DNA from: Camelus ferus
Lineage: Eukaryota
Reading direction: 5' to 3'
DNA length: 64,000 nucleotides
Assembly: GCF_009834535.1 (NCBI RefSeq)
Contig: NC_045697.1
Coordinates: 16,680,001 to 16,744,000 of the forward strand
The notes under the pieces were generated by a model. The model made no database searches, was not told the DNA's origin, and was given only the letters and a program-made list of their open reading frames with translations. The translations under genes were made by a program, and so were the position numbers. The first letter of the stretch is position 1; each line of letters starts with the position of its first letter. Positions 1-13,299 of the stretch are shown here, piece by piece.

Positions 1-590
1 TAGTGTATCATGTGTTTGAAAACAAGGAATCGCAAGAAAGAATGGCAGAATGTAAGATTAATACAAGTAAATATTGCAAAAAGGGACGCCTTGGTTAAAA
101 TATTTTGTAATTAATACTGAGTTACAACTGTGTAGCTAGTAACACTAGTGTCAAATGAGTACACTAACGCTCTTAGAGCTGTAAAATACATCCAATGGTT
201 AGCTAAATAATGCGACAGTGAAAACTGGCAACGCTGAAAAAGAATTTTGAATATCACATTGTATACTTTAAACAGATTTAGTGTGGAGGACTTCTGAATT
301 GAAACAAGCTCCTTTTAAATAAACTGTTCATATCCAGTGTTCACTTATTTTGTCAGCCTAATTTTGGTTTCAATAATTATTTCACCATTAGTATCATCAA
401 GGATGGAAGTGATTTAATGTTTGAGGACAACATCAAATGAATCCTTTGTCTCTAATCAGGATGTTCCTGTACAAGACTAGCGGCTACTACTTTTTTTTTT
501 TTTCTTAAAAATCCCTCTTTACCCTCAAAAGACTTTTATTATTCTATTGCCCTTTCTAATTCCAGCCAGAAGACTAAAAATGTTCTATAC

Positions 591-745
591 GGTGGGGGAT
601 GGTATAGCTCAAATGGTAGAGTACAGGTTTAGCATGCATGAGGTCCTGGTTTCAATCCCCAGTACCTCCTCTAAGAATAAATAAATAAACCTGCTTACTT
701 CCTCCCAAATTTAAATTAAATTAAATTAAATTAAATTAAATTAAA
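591..745 (+). mobile_element. tRNA-derived SINE (camelid vic-1-like) with (TTAAA)n tail
   Basis: Head gggggatggtatagctcaaatggtagag...ggtttcaatccccagtacctcc with A/B boxes; degenerate TSD aaaaatgttctatac (576-590) / aaaaagtcctatac (743-756). Confidence 0.85.
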
Positions 746-875
746 AAGTCCTATACAGTTTAAGCTCCAGTGGAAATAAGTTAGGATCTGAGGCTTATCC
801 ACTGAATCTCAGGAGTTCTTAGAACCCACAGCTGTAGATGAATGAAGTATTTGGGCAAGATAACTGGTAGATTTT

Positions 876-1049
876 TTTTTTTTTTTTTGCTCTTAATCAT
901 TATTTTTGTTTTGTTTTATTTTTTGTGCCTTTTTTATTGTAGTGTAGTCAGTTTACAATGTTGTCAATTTCTGATGTACAGCATAATGTTTCAGTCACAC
1001 ATATACATACATACATTTGTTTTCATATCCTTTTTCATTTTAGGTTACT
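876..1049 (-). mobile_element. 5'-truncated L1 3' end
   Basis: Poly-T followed by ttttattgtagtgtagtcagtttacaatgttg (L1 3' terminus); TSD gataactggtagatttt (859-875) / gataaatggtaggtttt (1050-1066). Confidence 0.75.
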
Positions 1050-1924
1050 GATAAATGGTAGGTTTTTCCTTTCTATTTTGATAAAGTTATTGGCAAGTCT
1101 CACAGCGGTATCAAATAGAAACGGAGTCATGGGAAGTGCCTCTTGCGTCCTTTAGCAGATTTCAGCGCACTATTCATTGCTCTTTCACGTTTCCAGTAAT
1201 CACGAACATTTTTTTTTCTGTAGGAGAAAGGGGGCCAGGGGCTGGGATATATTTAGCCCCCTTTCCTATTGCTAGGTTTATGCTGAATCTTGCAGTGTAA
1301 GCGGTTGGGCATGGGGACTACTATCTGAAATCGGGGGAGGACAGAGCGCTAATAATGTATTCTCTGGCTTCTCGGTCACAAGGACCACCAGTCGCCTATG
1401 AGGCACAGGGGACATCCTGACAGTAAGTCATTATCAGCAGCTGTCTATCAGCTTCTCCCATATTTAACCTGATGACTTACATATGACGGAGGAGCGGGGA
1501 GGTGCATTCTGTTACAAGTCTTCAAAAAATATTCAGTCCATTATAGTCAAATTGCTTCCTAAGCTGAATATTTAGCAGGTTTCTCACTAGAGGCAATGGC
1601 TTGGACTTAAAATTCACACTTTCCAGGGTTAAGTACAAAAACAGAGCTCATCCATTTGATAAAGCCCCACGTCACTTCTTATTATAGAAATCACCACGTC
1701 CGCCTTTGCTGTTTGAAAGGAGACAAGCTAAAATACAGAAGGTGCACGTTACCTTAGAGCTGAAATCCATCCATGAATATGGAAAAGAGGGGGAGGGGGA
1801 GGGAGATCCAGAGAGGAAATAGAATAATAATAAGCCAGTAATGTGTACTGATCTGAGAAACATGCCAGGAGTTTGGTTACGATAAATAAGAAAAGCAGAA
1901 GTAGATTTGAAACATTCGTTTCCC

Positions 1925-1930
1925 TTTATT
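1925..1930 (-). terminator. Distal polyadenylation signal AATAAA
   Basis: Minus strand reads gctAATAAAgggaaacgaatgtttcaaatcta, followed by U-rich cttctgcttttcttattt. Confidence 0.8.
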
Positions 1931-4900
1931 AGCTCAGTGAGGCTGATGTGTACTGCACATTTAAAAAAAAAAATCACAGGAATTTTCATACAATGAATAA
2001 AACCACAACAATACATGTAGAATTGGCAGGTGGAAAAAAAAAAGCCCGGCAAGGGCTCAACTAATCGCTCACTTTCCCTCTTCAGCATAGTTCAACCAAC
2101 AGTGTTACACTTTCACCTACAAATCTTAAAGTAGCTCCATCAAATCAGCAGTTCACATTATTGAAAATGTCTGTCACATAGGTACAAATTTAGAATCATC
2201 ACATTATATTACATGGCTATTCTAGGTCATCTATAGATCAGGTCTTAGACTACAGTGATTGAAGTTCTCGTTACAGCCATCAAAAAAGGACACATAATCA
2301 TTACCTACTGTAAGCTCACATCTAAAGGCATGAAAAGGTTTCCTTTTTTTTTTTTCCAACTGACCCAACCATCACACCCCAATAGTGCAAAGTTCCCTCT
2401 CTGCTGCTTTGAATGTTGACAGCCCAACCGTTGTTCTCGGAGTCGTTTAGCAAAAATTGGTTTTGCTACACTGGAAGAATTATTCTGCTACATCTCTTTA
2501 AAAAAAAACAAAAAACCCACATTTCTAAAGCACCAGTTCAGTTACCAAAATTGAAGATGTGGTACTTACCACAGCATGAAGGCAATGGCCCGGGGTCATC
2601 TAAAAATCCTACAGATCTATGCTGAAATTTGCCTCCAGGGATGATGGGGTGCATGTATTCATTTGAAATATTCTCTCAGAAAAAAAAATTAAAAACAAAA
2701 ATAAAAGAAACACAGTTTACATTTTGATGGGTTACCCACAGTGTCTGCATAAGATACAAAAGCTTTGTTCGGAGGGTTTATTGATTCTCCCTCTACACTG
2801 CTTTTAGATGTAATTTGAAGTCCATGGAGGAAAACTATCTTCATGGTAACAGTATTTGTCAGGCCAGAAGAGGGGATAAAGTCACCCCCATCATGAAATC
2901 TGTAGTGTTGTCTTTTGATAGGTAAGAAAAGAAACCAAATATTTCACTCATGTCAACAATCCAGGGCAAAAAGGAGAATGGATTTAAACTTGGATCACAA
3001 AAATTTAAAGGCAAAATAGAGAACACATCTGGTCCTTAAACACATAATATGATTTACTAAATATCAATTTCTTAAAAATAATTTATTGCTCTTAATAGTC
3101 TTTTTTTTATTCTTATTCTACAACAGAAGATACTCAAAATTCAGAAAGAAAGACTGTAAACTTTAGTTTGGCGTTCACACAGAGTTAAAATACCTGCATT
3201 TAACCTACAGAACGACAAGAATTAGGCGGGTTAAAGATGTGTTACTGTCGTAACGCAGAACCTGTGAACAAGTTCTTTTATTTCATAGTATCTTATTGCT
3301 TTCTATCTACTTAGAAAGAAGAAGCCAAAAAACCAAGCAAGCATCCGACAGGACAGACAGTGGATTCACTCAGAACACAATATGCTGGTGATAAATGAAT
3401 GCAGCTGTCAAAATTAGCTGCATCGGCCGGGGTGGGGGGGTGGGTGAAATCCATTTGATAAGATCTTGTGGGTCGAGAGAAAGGAAAAGAAGGATTAAGG
3501 ATTAAGAAGTAGGTATATCGTGTCTTCCAGAAAAGTCATGTTGGCCAAACTGTAATCGAATCTCAATTTAGAAACTTGAATACACACTCCAAACTTTAGC
3601 GACTTCCATTCCAGGGGCTCCACACTCAGAGGAAATCCTGATGCTCAAAAATGGAGGTTTTTCTGAAGTTTTTTATTGAATTTAGCAGAAGCAATGTCAT
3701 CAAGAACAACATCATGGTCACGTCAGAGGCCATGCTAGTGCAAGTAGAAACACTGCTTCTGCAAAAGCTGAATTTCCCAAATGAAACACTTAAACCCCAA
3801 CCTGACAATTGCCATGCATCCTAGGTAGAAAATTTCCACTGGCTTTATTATTTTCATCATCTCATAATTTATAATAAATAGGCTATCTGCAACTGATAAA
3901 TATGTCTCTTTAGTAAACAAAGGAATGAAATATCAGTATTTATACAGGATGCATAACTATAAAAAATACAGATAAATACCATCATCATACTCTGCCAAGG
4001 GAAAGAGATACTGGCTTCAAAGATAGTCTTCAGACACACATTAATTATTGTAAAAATCATACTGTAATTATTACCTCAGCATTTTGTATCAAATTAAAAT
4101 CACAAAAATTAAAACAAAACAGCATTTTAAAAAGATTTTTGACCTCTAGTTTCAAAACTACTGTTGATAGAGAAAATAAAAACATTTCTTAATGGTTACC
4201 CATTGAGAGACTTTACATAAAATCATGATATCTTCTAGAAAAATTTTAGATGAGAAAATTTCATTCCCCTAACAAATCCAGTGTATAAAACTTCAAAGAA
4301 AAACAAGCAACAAGAAAATGTGGAAAAATATCGCATAAGTGGTTAATACCTTTAGGGGACTAGGATATTTTTTGACAAGATGCTTAGATCAAAGCTCACC
4401 TAAGAAGGGATGGTTGTGCAAAAAGCATCAATTTGTTGTCGCTGCACTCAACGGACACACACACTGTCCTTTTTTTTTTAAACAATCAAATATATATAAG
4501 CGGTAAGTTCAGCTTCTAAATATGTTAGTGTACAGTAATTGTTTCACCTCATAATTACATTTGAATACTCTTGATTAAGAAAAATTTAGCAGTTTGGAAA
4601 AGAAGGCTGCATTTACAGTGCATAGCTGTAACAAAAAAAGAACATCATTGTATAATAGTATGTACACAAAATAAAAATACTCCATTTAACATCTGCAAAT
4701 ACTTAACTACGTCAGAGAATGTAGCCATTACACTATCTGAACACATTCCAGAGAGTTCTACCCAACTCTCATTAGTAATGTAACACCGTGCTCGCTCCTC
4801 AGAAAGGACCGCTGAGCAAGCTGCAAGCTTGACCATTGACAAGGCTTTTGAAATTTGCAGTGGAAGATCAACATTTTGGACATTTACATGGGTGTCAGGA

Positions 4901-5411
4901 TAAAGGACGAACTACAGGAACTTCAAAATGTTAGGAAAGTTTAGCATTCCGGTGCCTGCAGTATCCTCTCCCACCCAGATTCCATGGCAAAAGGAAAAAG
5001 GAAAAAAAGAAGAGGCAGAGAGAGAAAGAGAAAGAGAGAGAAAGAGAGAAAGGATATTAGTTCTACAGAACCTGCGGTTTCTTCGGGATTGTCATATAAT
5101 TGTTATGTTACGAGAGAAAGCTTGCTTCAAGTTGATTCTGTACTTTCTTAAAAAAACAGAGTACGGAGGCTGATGCCCAGACGTCAGTGGCTGTCATTTT
5201 AGGGTGGCTTGTGGTTGGTTGGTTAGTTTTCTTTCCTTTTGAATTTACGCATTTTTTTTTCCTTTTGAATAGAATAGGAACATTTTGAAGTTCTAGGTTT
5301 TAAGTGTGTCTTCATGGAACTGCTGCCATTTGAAGTGGTTTGCCTTTGCAAGCTCTGGTCAGGTGCCCCCAGTCCCCACCTGTACATACAGACTTCCCCC
5401 AAACCAGGCAA

Positions 5412-5447
<36 letters not shown>

Positions 5448-5453
5448 ACGCAC
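5412..5453. repeat. (CA)n(CGCACA)n microsatellite in 3'UTR
   Basis: Read directly. Confidence 0.95.
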
Positions 5454-5742
5454 AAACATACACTCCATCACCAAGAGACTCAGGGAAAGCGAAACTGACA
5501 CCAGGAATAAACATGTGCTTACTGGACATCCATTCTGTCTCTTGCCTCTTCAGCAGCTGTGTTCATGTAAACCATTGTTGTTGTTCTTCTTGTATTGTTG
5601 TTGTTTTGTTTTGTTTTGTTTTGTACAGAGAGTGTAAAGCAGGAGAAATTCCTAAGTCGGACTTGCAATAGTCTGTTAGGGAAAGACACGCTGTCCCGTG
5701 AGGTATTCACTGTCCCTCTGTCATCCTCAGCCAGGGAACATG

Positions 5743-5846
5743 TTACCTGCGCAAGCTTCTCTGAGCTTCCTTCAGTAAACTATCGAAATCCAGAGAGTCA
5801 TACTTGCTCTTGGTGGAAGCAGGGTCAAAGTCATCTGAGTTTGAAT
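5743..5846 (-). CDS. PPARGC1A: PGC-1alpha exon 13 coding part (104 nt; ...DFDSLLKEAQRSLRR-stop)
   Basis: Acceptor tttcag|ATTCAAAC; ends CGCAGG TAA (5745-5743). Confidence 0.97.
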
Positions 5847-8800
5847 CTGAAAGAAACCCAAGCCAGGTTAGATGTACCCTTGGCTGACGGTCATTAGCTC
5901 AGTCCTCTCCAACGGATACACTTTTAAAAATATGACCAACTTTTATTTGTATGTGGTATTGAAGTGCACATATATAATGCATATATATACAGATATACAT
6001 TTGCAGAAAGTATTTATATGTATGCACATTAACATGTATAGACATTTGCGTAAGGTATTTATATGGCACTGGTATATATATCAATATTTTAAATAATTCG
6101 TTTATCAAATATTTATATTTATTTATTTATATATTTATACCAAATGTATATATTTGTAGAGGGTAAGGAGTGGTGAGCATTCAAAACACTCATCTATGGA
6201 CTCATTTTAGACTTATATGCTCCTGGGAGGTAATCAGAACAGACTTTAATATTTCTTTTCTATAGTAACTTATGCAATCAATATGCTTTAAAAATAAGCC
6301 TCTTCCCCGTTCCTGGCCTGTTCAATGACCTACCCGAGGCCCCTCAGAAGCTTAGTTGGAGAGGCAAAAGTGGAAGCTAGGGCTGATTTTCCTATCCAAT
6401 GGGACGGATTTCATTGAGCACAAAGGCCAGCTGAGTAGAAGAGAGAGAATCCTCAGAGCCTTAGCCACTCATCACACTGCTGCTCTCCTCTGAAGCAGGA
6501 GGGACAGCTGGTCCTGTCATGGACTCCAGTACCACGACGGACCCCAGCAACAGTGGCACAAGTTCTCCCCCAGTTACAAGGTTTAGGAAAATGCTTTATG
6601 TCGAGAGAGGGCAAATTCAGCCTCTTTACTCATTAATAGGAGAGGAAAAATATGCAAGTGTGATGAAACTAGTCCACGTAAGCTTTTGTGCAAAGCTCCA
6701 CATGCTCCATCAAACAGCCTTTAACAAAGTTGGTGTATTGCAGCCATGTTGGAGGTAAAGTAAAATTCTGTTGAATATTTCTGATTTTTCTCCATTGACA
6801 TCTTTGAAAAAAGTCAAATATTTCTGCCGGGCTTTTGGCTTGAGAAAGAGCATCTTAGAAATAGAATAGAAAGCCTCTTGCAGACACATTCATTCTTTTG
6901 AAAGCACGTACTTGAAGGGAAGACAAAACCTTTCCAAGAAACATTAACTCCTACTAAAATACGAATATTTCTATGTTTTACCCAGATTAAGTTACAAAAT
7001 AGAAATGCTCAAAGTGACAGAAAAGTCTAATACTAGATAACATGGAGACTAGTCATTGACCTCACAAGTAGTTCTGCTGGAAAGGCTGCAAACCCCTCAA
7101 GCTCTCCAGAACCAGGCCGATTTCTCCCCCTCAGCTTCAATCTACTTTGGATTTAAAGACATCTTAGATTTAAAGACAAGGAAATTTCTTCACTTTTTTT
7201 TTTTTTTTTATTTTCACCATCCCTTGTCTTTCCTGCCTTCCTTTTTTTAGGTAAGACAATTACAGTCTGCCTCAGACATTAAATAAAATAGGACAAAAAT
7301 GGCCAATCTTTCCTCATTAAAATTTTAAATGGTCAATCTTAAATTACACTGACTTATCCCTTTCTCTTCATAGCCTAATGCATAGTTTCCTTATATAACT
7401 AAAGCTTCATGAACAGCTGTTGTTCAAATCAAATTTTTTTGTGTGTAGAGACAAAAAAAAAAAAAAACAACAAAAAAAAACAAACTCCTGCTCCTTGCTA
7501 GGGATTAGCCTGAAATCAGAATCCCACTTGCACTGTAGATGAAGACAGCAGAGTCTTCCACTGACAGGAGTCTGAGTCACATAAAGTCAGTACAGAACTT
7601 TCGAGAACATATATGTGTATCTTTGCTTGGAGGAAAATTTGAGAATATTTAAAATGTCTTAATTTTGGATTATTCTACATGAAAGCCAGAATTTTAGTGT
7701 TTTTGTATTCTCATTAGCAAATACGAAAAACCTTTTGATACAGTGGTTCTCCAGAGTTTGTTCACCATGAAGTAGTTTGGTTGATGCTTACAAATTTGCC
7801 AGCTCTCATGGGCATACTATGTCAGAAGGCACCCACAACATCTTTTTTGTTGCTTGAAGACAGAATGTGTTTATGTGCAACTCCTGAGGCAATAACCCCC
7901 TCCACTCCTTTCTCTCCACTAAAGGAACGATATTGCAAAACAACTAAGATATAATAAAAATGTTACAGGAATAATCTGAAAGGCACTCTAAGAATTGTTT
8001 AAAAATTATTATAAATAAGAATAATGCATTAAGAGAAACAAATCACATCATAACTGTCTTCCTAGCACCTAGAAAACCGTTGGCACAAAGTAGGTACTCA
8101 AATTAATATTTGTTGAATGAATGTATTTACCTTGAATGCCAGCATATTATAAAAACTGGGATTGAAAATATTTCTGTTGGGATCTGGGGTTGATTTACCA
8201 ATGAATGGCAAGGGTTTACGTAAAGTTATGTATATATTCAACATGATGATAACGTAATACTTATCTTGGAGTTAATAAAGAATTTGTGACCAATATGTTA
8301 TTTAATTTTTCTTATATGTTTAAGTTACACACCATAACTAGTTCGTGATCAAAATGATCATATTCAGAGTACTGACATATCCTTCTTTTCTGACCCCTAT
8401 AGTCCTAATTTACTTTTACTCTTTCCTTTTTAAGATTTTTTGTCAAGCTCTTTCAAATGGAAAGATCCATCTGTTTATAAGACAGTGAATAAAAGACACA
8501 CAGATTACAGATTCATAGAAGCCAGATTTAAATACTGGCTTCATCATGGTAAGCCTGGTCATCTCTTTGAATTCTGAGTCCCTTTTATAAATCTGGCTCA
8601 TAAACAGTAACTGGAATCACTGCATTTTATATTAATAGTATTGTAGTAACTGCTAAGTGGCTGTACAAGCAGAGAAATGGGATGCATGAGCTCAATATGG
8701 GAAAGCAGATAAAAAGAAAAAAAATGGGTAAAATCTATCTAAGACAATAGGTCTCTTTACTTTTGGTAAAATTAATTGGTATCACATCATTTTCACTTTA

Positions 8801-9029
8801 GACATACATGTAAGCTCCCAGTCCCTCGAAGAGTCCAGTATATGCTCATGTGCACCTTATTCAATGTTCATAGCCCGAAGCACTAAAGTTGACCTCTTCA
8901 GGGAATAAAGACAAGACACATATGATGCTGTCCAGTTCCCAAGCTGGTCCCCTGGTATTGATTCTTCCATTTAAAATTAGCCTAACTTCTTCTCATTACC
9001 ATCTTTTAAAAAAATTATTATTATTATAG

Positions 9030-9235
9030 CAACTATGTATTAAGAACCTATTTTATGTCAGACCCTGTGTAAGGGCTTCGCAAACATGCATTTAATCTTC
9101 ACAACAACATAAGAAGGTATTTCACAAATGAAGAACCAGAAGCAGAGGGAGCTTAATTGCTCAAGGTCAGAAGCTAACTCAGGTTTCAAAACCAGGCCTG
9201 CAAGATTCCAAAGCCAAGGCACTTTCCAGTACACC
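9030..9235 (-). mobile_element. MIR SINE
   Basis: tttaatcttcacaacaac...agagggagcttaattgctcaaggtcagaagcta resembles the MIR core; boundaries approximate. Confidence 0.7.
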
Positions 9236-11296
9236 ATGCCTATGCTCAGATCGACTACCCTTCCTGCAACTGTAAGGCTGGAGGGAACTGGAAAAAAACC
9301 ATGATAATACAATGCACATCAAACACACTTTTCAGAAAATACAGAGCTCGCCTGGCAATGGTAGAGTTTCCACTGCCACTGGTTAGGCAGAGAGATAATG
9401 AGGAAGGAAGCATTCTTCTTAGAAATGTTTCAGGAAGGCTCCAGTTCAATTTGGAAAGCCCATCCAGTCCTCCCTCTCCCGGTGATGAACTGTGATCTAC
9501 AGGCCCCTCTAGGTAGCTCATTTTAAACTCTAGATGTTTTGAGAGACTAGGAAACACCCTGGCCTTCATCACTGAAGAAAATAAGTCAAATCAACTTAAG
9601 ACTTCAATCTGTCTTGACTGTTTTTATCAGCCAACATTTGAACAAATGACTTGCCACCTTTTATATCTTCATCCCGAGGCCTCTGTCTCTCCAACAGTCA
9701 GCTGCCTCCCCCCTGCTCCACACTGTCTATTCAGCTTGTGAAGTGAATCACAGCATATTCCCCCTGAACAATGCACCACACTTGCATCAGTTACTCTAGG
9801 AAAAGACGTCACTTCGGTGGAAGGAAGAAAAATAAAAAAGTCCCTGTATTTGGTATTCATTTTATTTTCTTTAAACTAAGCCATAGCAAGTGTAGATAGA
9901 CACATAATAGTACTTAGGAACAGATTCTTCTGTTAATTTCATGATTATTATTATAAATTGATCTAAAATAATTCTGTTATATGCACAAGACATTTGGCAT
10001 TTTCCTTCCTTTCATTAAGAGATTTAAAGGTTTACAACACACACATTACATAGGGAATAACACACAGAGGAACAAAACTGAAATTGAAAAGGAAATCAAG
10101 ATGTCCACTGTGGCCTTATTTATAACATCAAAAGTTGAAAACATGTTTAGCTGCAATGGAATGATTAAACATAGTGGTACTAACAGAATACCATACAGCC
10201 ATTAAAATATATTGGTAAATTATCTTTAATCCTGTGAATCACAGTGGAAAATGAACTTATAGAATAATAATTGAGAAAAGTAAAGTTTTAAAGTATTCAT
10301 GTATGTGTGTATGTGTGTGTGTATGTGTATATATATATATATAATATGACCCCAACTATAAGAAATTAGACATTCTGAGACAAAATACTGGACTGTAAAT
10401 CACACATGAGGTAATTGAGGTTATCTCTAGGTGATAGGCTGACAGGTAACTTTACTATTTTTCTGGATATCTTTTTATATTTTCTAAATTTTACCTCTTG
10501 AGTCTATACAAATTTGATGACAGGAAAAAATGAATACTTATCTATGCTTTAGTTTCCTTATCTGTAAAATGGGATAATAATAATAATATCCACTTCTGAG
10601 GATAGTTCTGGTAATTAAATGAGAAAAATGCTGGCAAAGCTTTGGCACAGTGCCTAGCATATGGAAGCACTCAAAAAATAACAGGTTTTTTTTCTTTCCT
10701 TCTTTTGTTTTAAAGAAAGTATAATGTGATTTAGCATATGAAATTTTATTTTTTCCTCTCAGAGTGTAATTTGTAGAAAATGTTAATATTTCTAAGAGTT
10801 TGTGAGATAAGAAGGAAAAAAGGATTTTTGCATATTCTCTTCTGCAAAGCAGTGATGCCAATGCTGTAGTTTGTGCAAAAGGATTCAGGGCAGGCACAGA
10901 AAGCAACAGCAAATTACAAACAAACACAGAGATGTATACACATATACACACCATAAACATAGGCAGACACACTATACCACACATACACACAGCATATGCA
11001 CACACAAAACATAACACACCACACACACACACAAGCACACACACACACAAATAGTGCAGAAGTTCATCATTGGGCAGACAGTAGAAAGAATGTGCTTCTG
11101 CTCTTTGTTGCCAAAACTTAAGCATCCTGCTTCTGAAGCTGTCTTGTGGGTTAAAAAACAGGATAAAATCTGTGTTCAAATATTCTTGCTAGTAAAATTA
11201 AGTGATCATCCAACCCAGCGTGCCTCCGGTTTACACATGCTTCCATTTGAGCTCTGCATTATGGATTCCTCATCCCATGTACAGTGAAATCCATAC

Positions 11297-11448
11297 CTAG
11301 GTCTGCATAGTTAGACTTGAAAAATTGCTTGCGTCCACAAAAGTACAGCTCGAAGTCAGTTTCATTCGACCTGCGCAAAGTGTATCCATTTTCAACAGCA
11401 GCAAAAGCATCACAGGTATAACGGTAGGTAATGAAACCATAGCTGTCT
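11297..11448 (-). CDS. PPARGC1A: PGC-1alpha exon 12 (152 nt; RRM C-half, DSYGFITYRY...NYADL)
   Basis: Boundaries ttgcag|AGACAGC ... GACCTAG|gtatgg. Confidence 0.97.
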
Positions 11449-11779
11449 CTGCAATGGACAAAGAAGAGGAGTTCAGAGCTGGCGAGGCAGTATTAGCATA
11501 AACGACTGTAACCCCTTCTACTTTGAAGACTTCACCAGTGCCAGCGTCTGAACCACTGCATCCATTTATCAGTGTGATTGTCCTGTCAAGCAGTTAAATA
11601 CTTATTTCTGGGACAGGAAATCTCAACTAGAAAGATTAATAAATAGGGATGAAAGAAAATAAATAAGGTTCTGAACTCAACATGTCATCTGTCAAAGCAT
11701 TCCCATCCTAGTAATCTTATGGCCATAATTTTTTACATATGTCAGCTTCTAAACAAGAAATAATCTTGAAGATTCTCAC

Positions 11780-11901
11780 CCATCATCCCGGAGATTTACT
11801 GTGCACTCCTCAATTTCACCAAAAACTTCAAAACGGTCCCTCAGTTCTGTCCGTGTTGTGTCAGGTCTGATTTTACCAACATAAATCACACGGCGTTCTT
11901 C
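11780..11901 (-). CDS. PPARGC1A: PGC-1alpha exon 11 (122 nt; RRM N-half, EERRVIYVGKIRPD...LRDDG)
   Basis: Boundaries ccctag|GAAGAACGC ... GATGATGG|gtgaga. Confidence 0.97.
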
Positions 11902-12342
11902 CTAGGGGGGGGGAAGTGAGGGGAGACTTGCTAGTTCTGGAGACAGGAAAGAAGTTGAATACTAGAAACGTTCACAAAGGTACAACGCATGCATAACAAG
12001 AACCCCCCAGAGCATGCCGATTAAAGCAAAACGCACACGCAAACTGAACGAAAGACTGCACTTGAGTCAAGTTTTACGTTCTATTTCTCTCTTTCTCACA
12101 TGCACTCTCCTCTATTTTTCCTATCCATCCCTGTTCCCTTGTCACATGAAATTTAATGTATTATAGAAGAAATATGTGTAACACCATCTTTTTATCACTA
12201 AGTAGCTGAACCATACCTATTAAATATTTTTTAACACTTGTGACTTGATTATTCTTCAAAATTGGTAACAAACTGACCTGGCTTCCAAAACTGTTTACTT
12301 TCTCATTAACTCATAATTTTAATAATAAGATGTACAAATTTT

Positions 12343-12410
12343 TTCAGTTCCATTGACAAATAGTTGACATACATTGCTGTATAATTTTAAGGTGTACAGC
12401 ATGATAGTTT
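12343..12410 (-). mobile_element. 68-bp L1 3'-end stub with perfect 14-bp TSD
   Basis: gatgtacaaatttt at 12329-12342 and 12411-12424 flanks an L1MA-type 3' terminus (tagttgacatacattg...aaggtgtacagcatgat). Confidence 0.7.
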
Positions 12411-13299
12411 GATGTACAAATTTTGACACCCCTCAAAACATTGATTCTTAAACTCTAGTATAAATACAGATTATTCAGGGTGCTTACTAAAAATGCAAAT
12501 TATTGGGGTTTATTCCAGCTGTATTTAAAACATTTGGAAGATAGGGTTCAATGCTCTTTATTTTTAACAGGCACACCCCAGGGATTCTGATACAGGTGAT
12601 CAAAAGACAACGTCTTTAAAAAGACTGTCTTAAAACGTAGGCCATTTTAAGCCATGGGTCTCTGAAGAATATGAACTATAAAAGAGGCTATAAATTTCAC
12701 TTTGCCAAGGAATCTTTTAGGAACAGACTAATGGGTGGGGCCTAATTTTCACAAGTGGAGTCAAAATCATCACAATCTGAAAGTCAACAATAATTTATAA
12801 CCTACAAAATATGGGAGGAATATTTTATAGCCTGAGGATGGATTCATTCTTTAAAGAATAAGAACACATTCTTAGTCTAAGAAGTAATCCTACATCCCTT
12901 GTTCCAAAAAGACAAGGCCAAAGGTGATGACGTCTCTCAAAACTGAGAAAAGGTTTTTCAAGAACATAAGAAGTTAATATAACAAATGTGCTTACCAACT
13001 AGTCTGTATGTCTTTCAAGGACAAACAGGAATAAAATGAACTTAAGGTTAGAGAGATTTAAATTAGATGGAAACAGAGACTAGGAAACACAGGACTAGGT
13101 ATGCATTTAGTTTAGTTTGCCTAAGAGTTTTCTCTGACTGTGTCTTGGATGATATAAAAAGTAGGTTAGGCAAAGAGATATCCTATGTTATTTATTGAAC
13201 GTATTTCCTTTTCCTTATGAGCTCAGTTTTTAGCAAAGGACCTGGCAAAGATTGGACACTCAGTGTTTCTGAAATGTAACTGAAGAATTCATAGGCTCT

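Larger units (their letters stand above)
1902..5742 (-). other. PPARGC1A: PPARGC1A 3'UTR (~3.8 kb)
   Basis: AT-rich stretch without interspersed repeats, running from the stop codon to a distal AATAAA. The exact cleavage site is approximate. Confidence 0.85.

Noticed and set aside
594..668. tRNA gene
   Set aside because: The tRNA-like head continues into a SINE body and tail and is flanked by a TSD; it is a SINE.
9161..9169. Perfect ERRE TCAAGGTCA
   Set aside because: Lies in the MIR core, where near-identical sequence is consensus-derived.
10538..11179. 213-aa ORF
   Set aside because: Built from a CA-rich tract and a MIR fragment; low-complexity translation with no recognisable domain.
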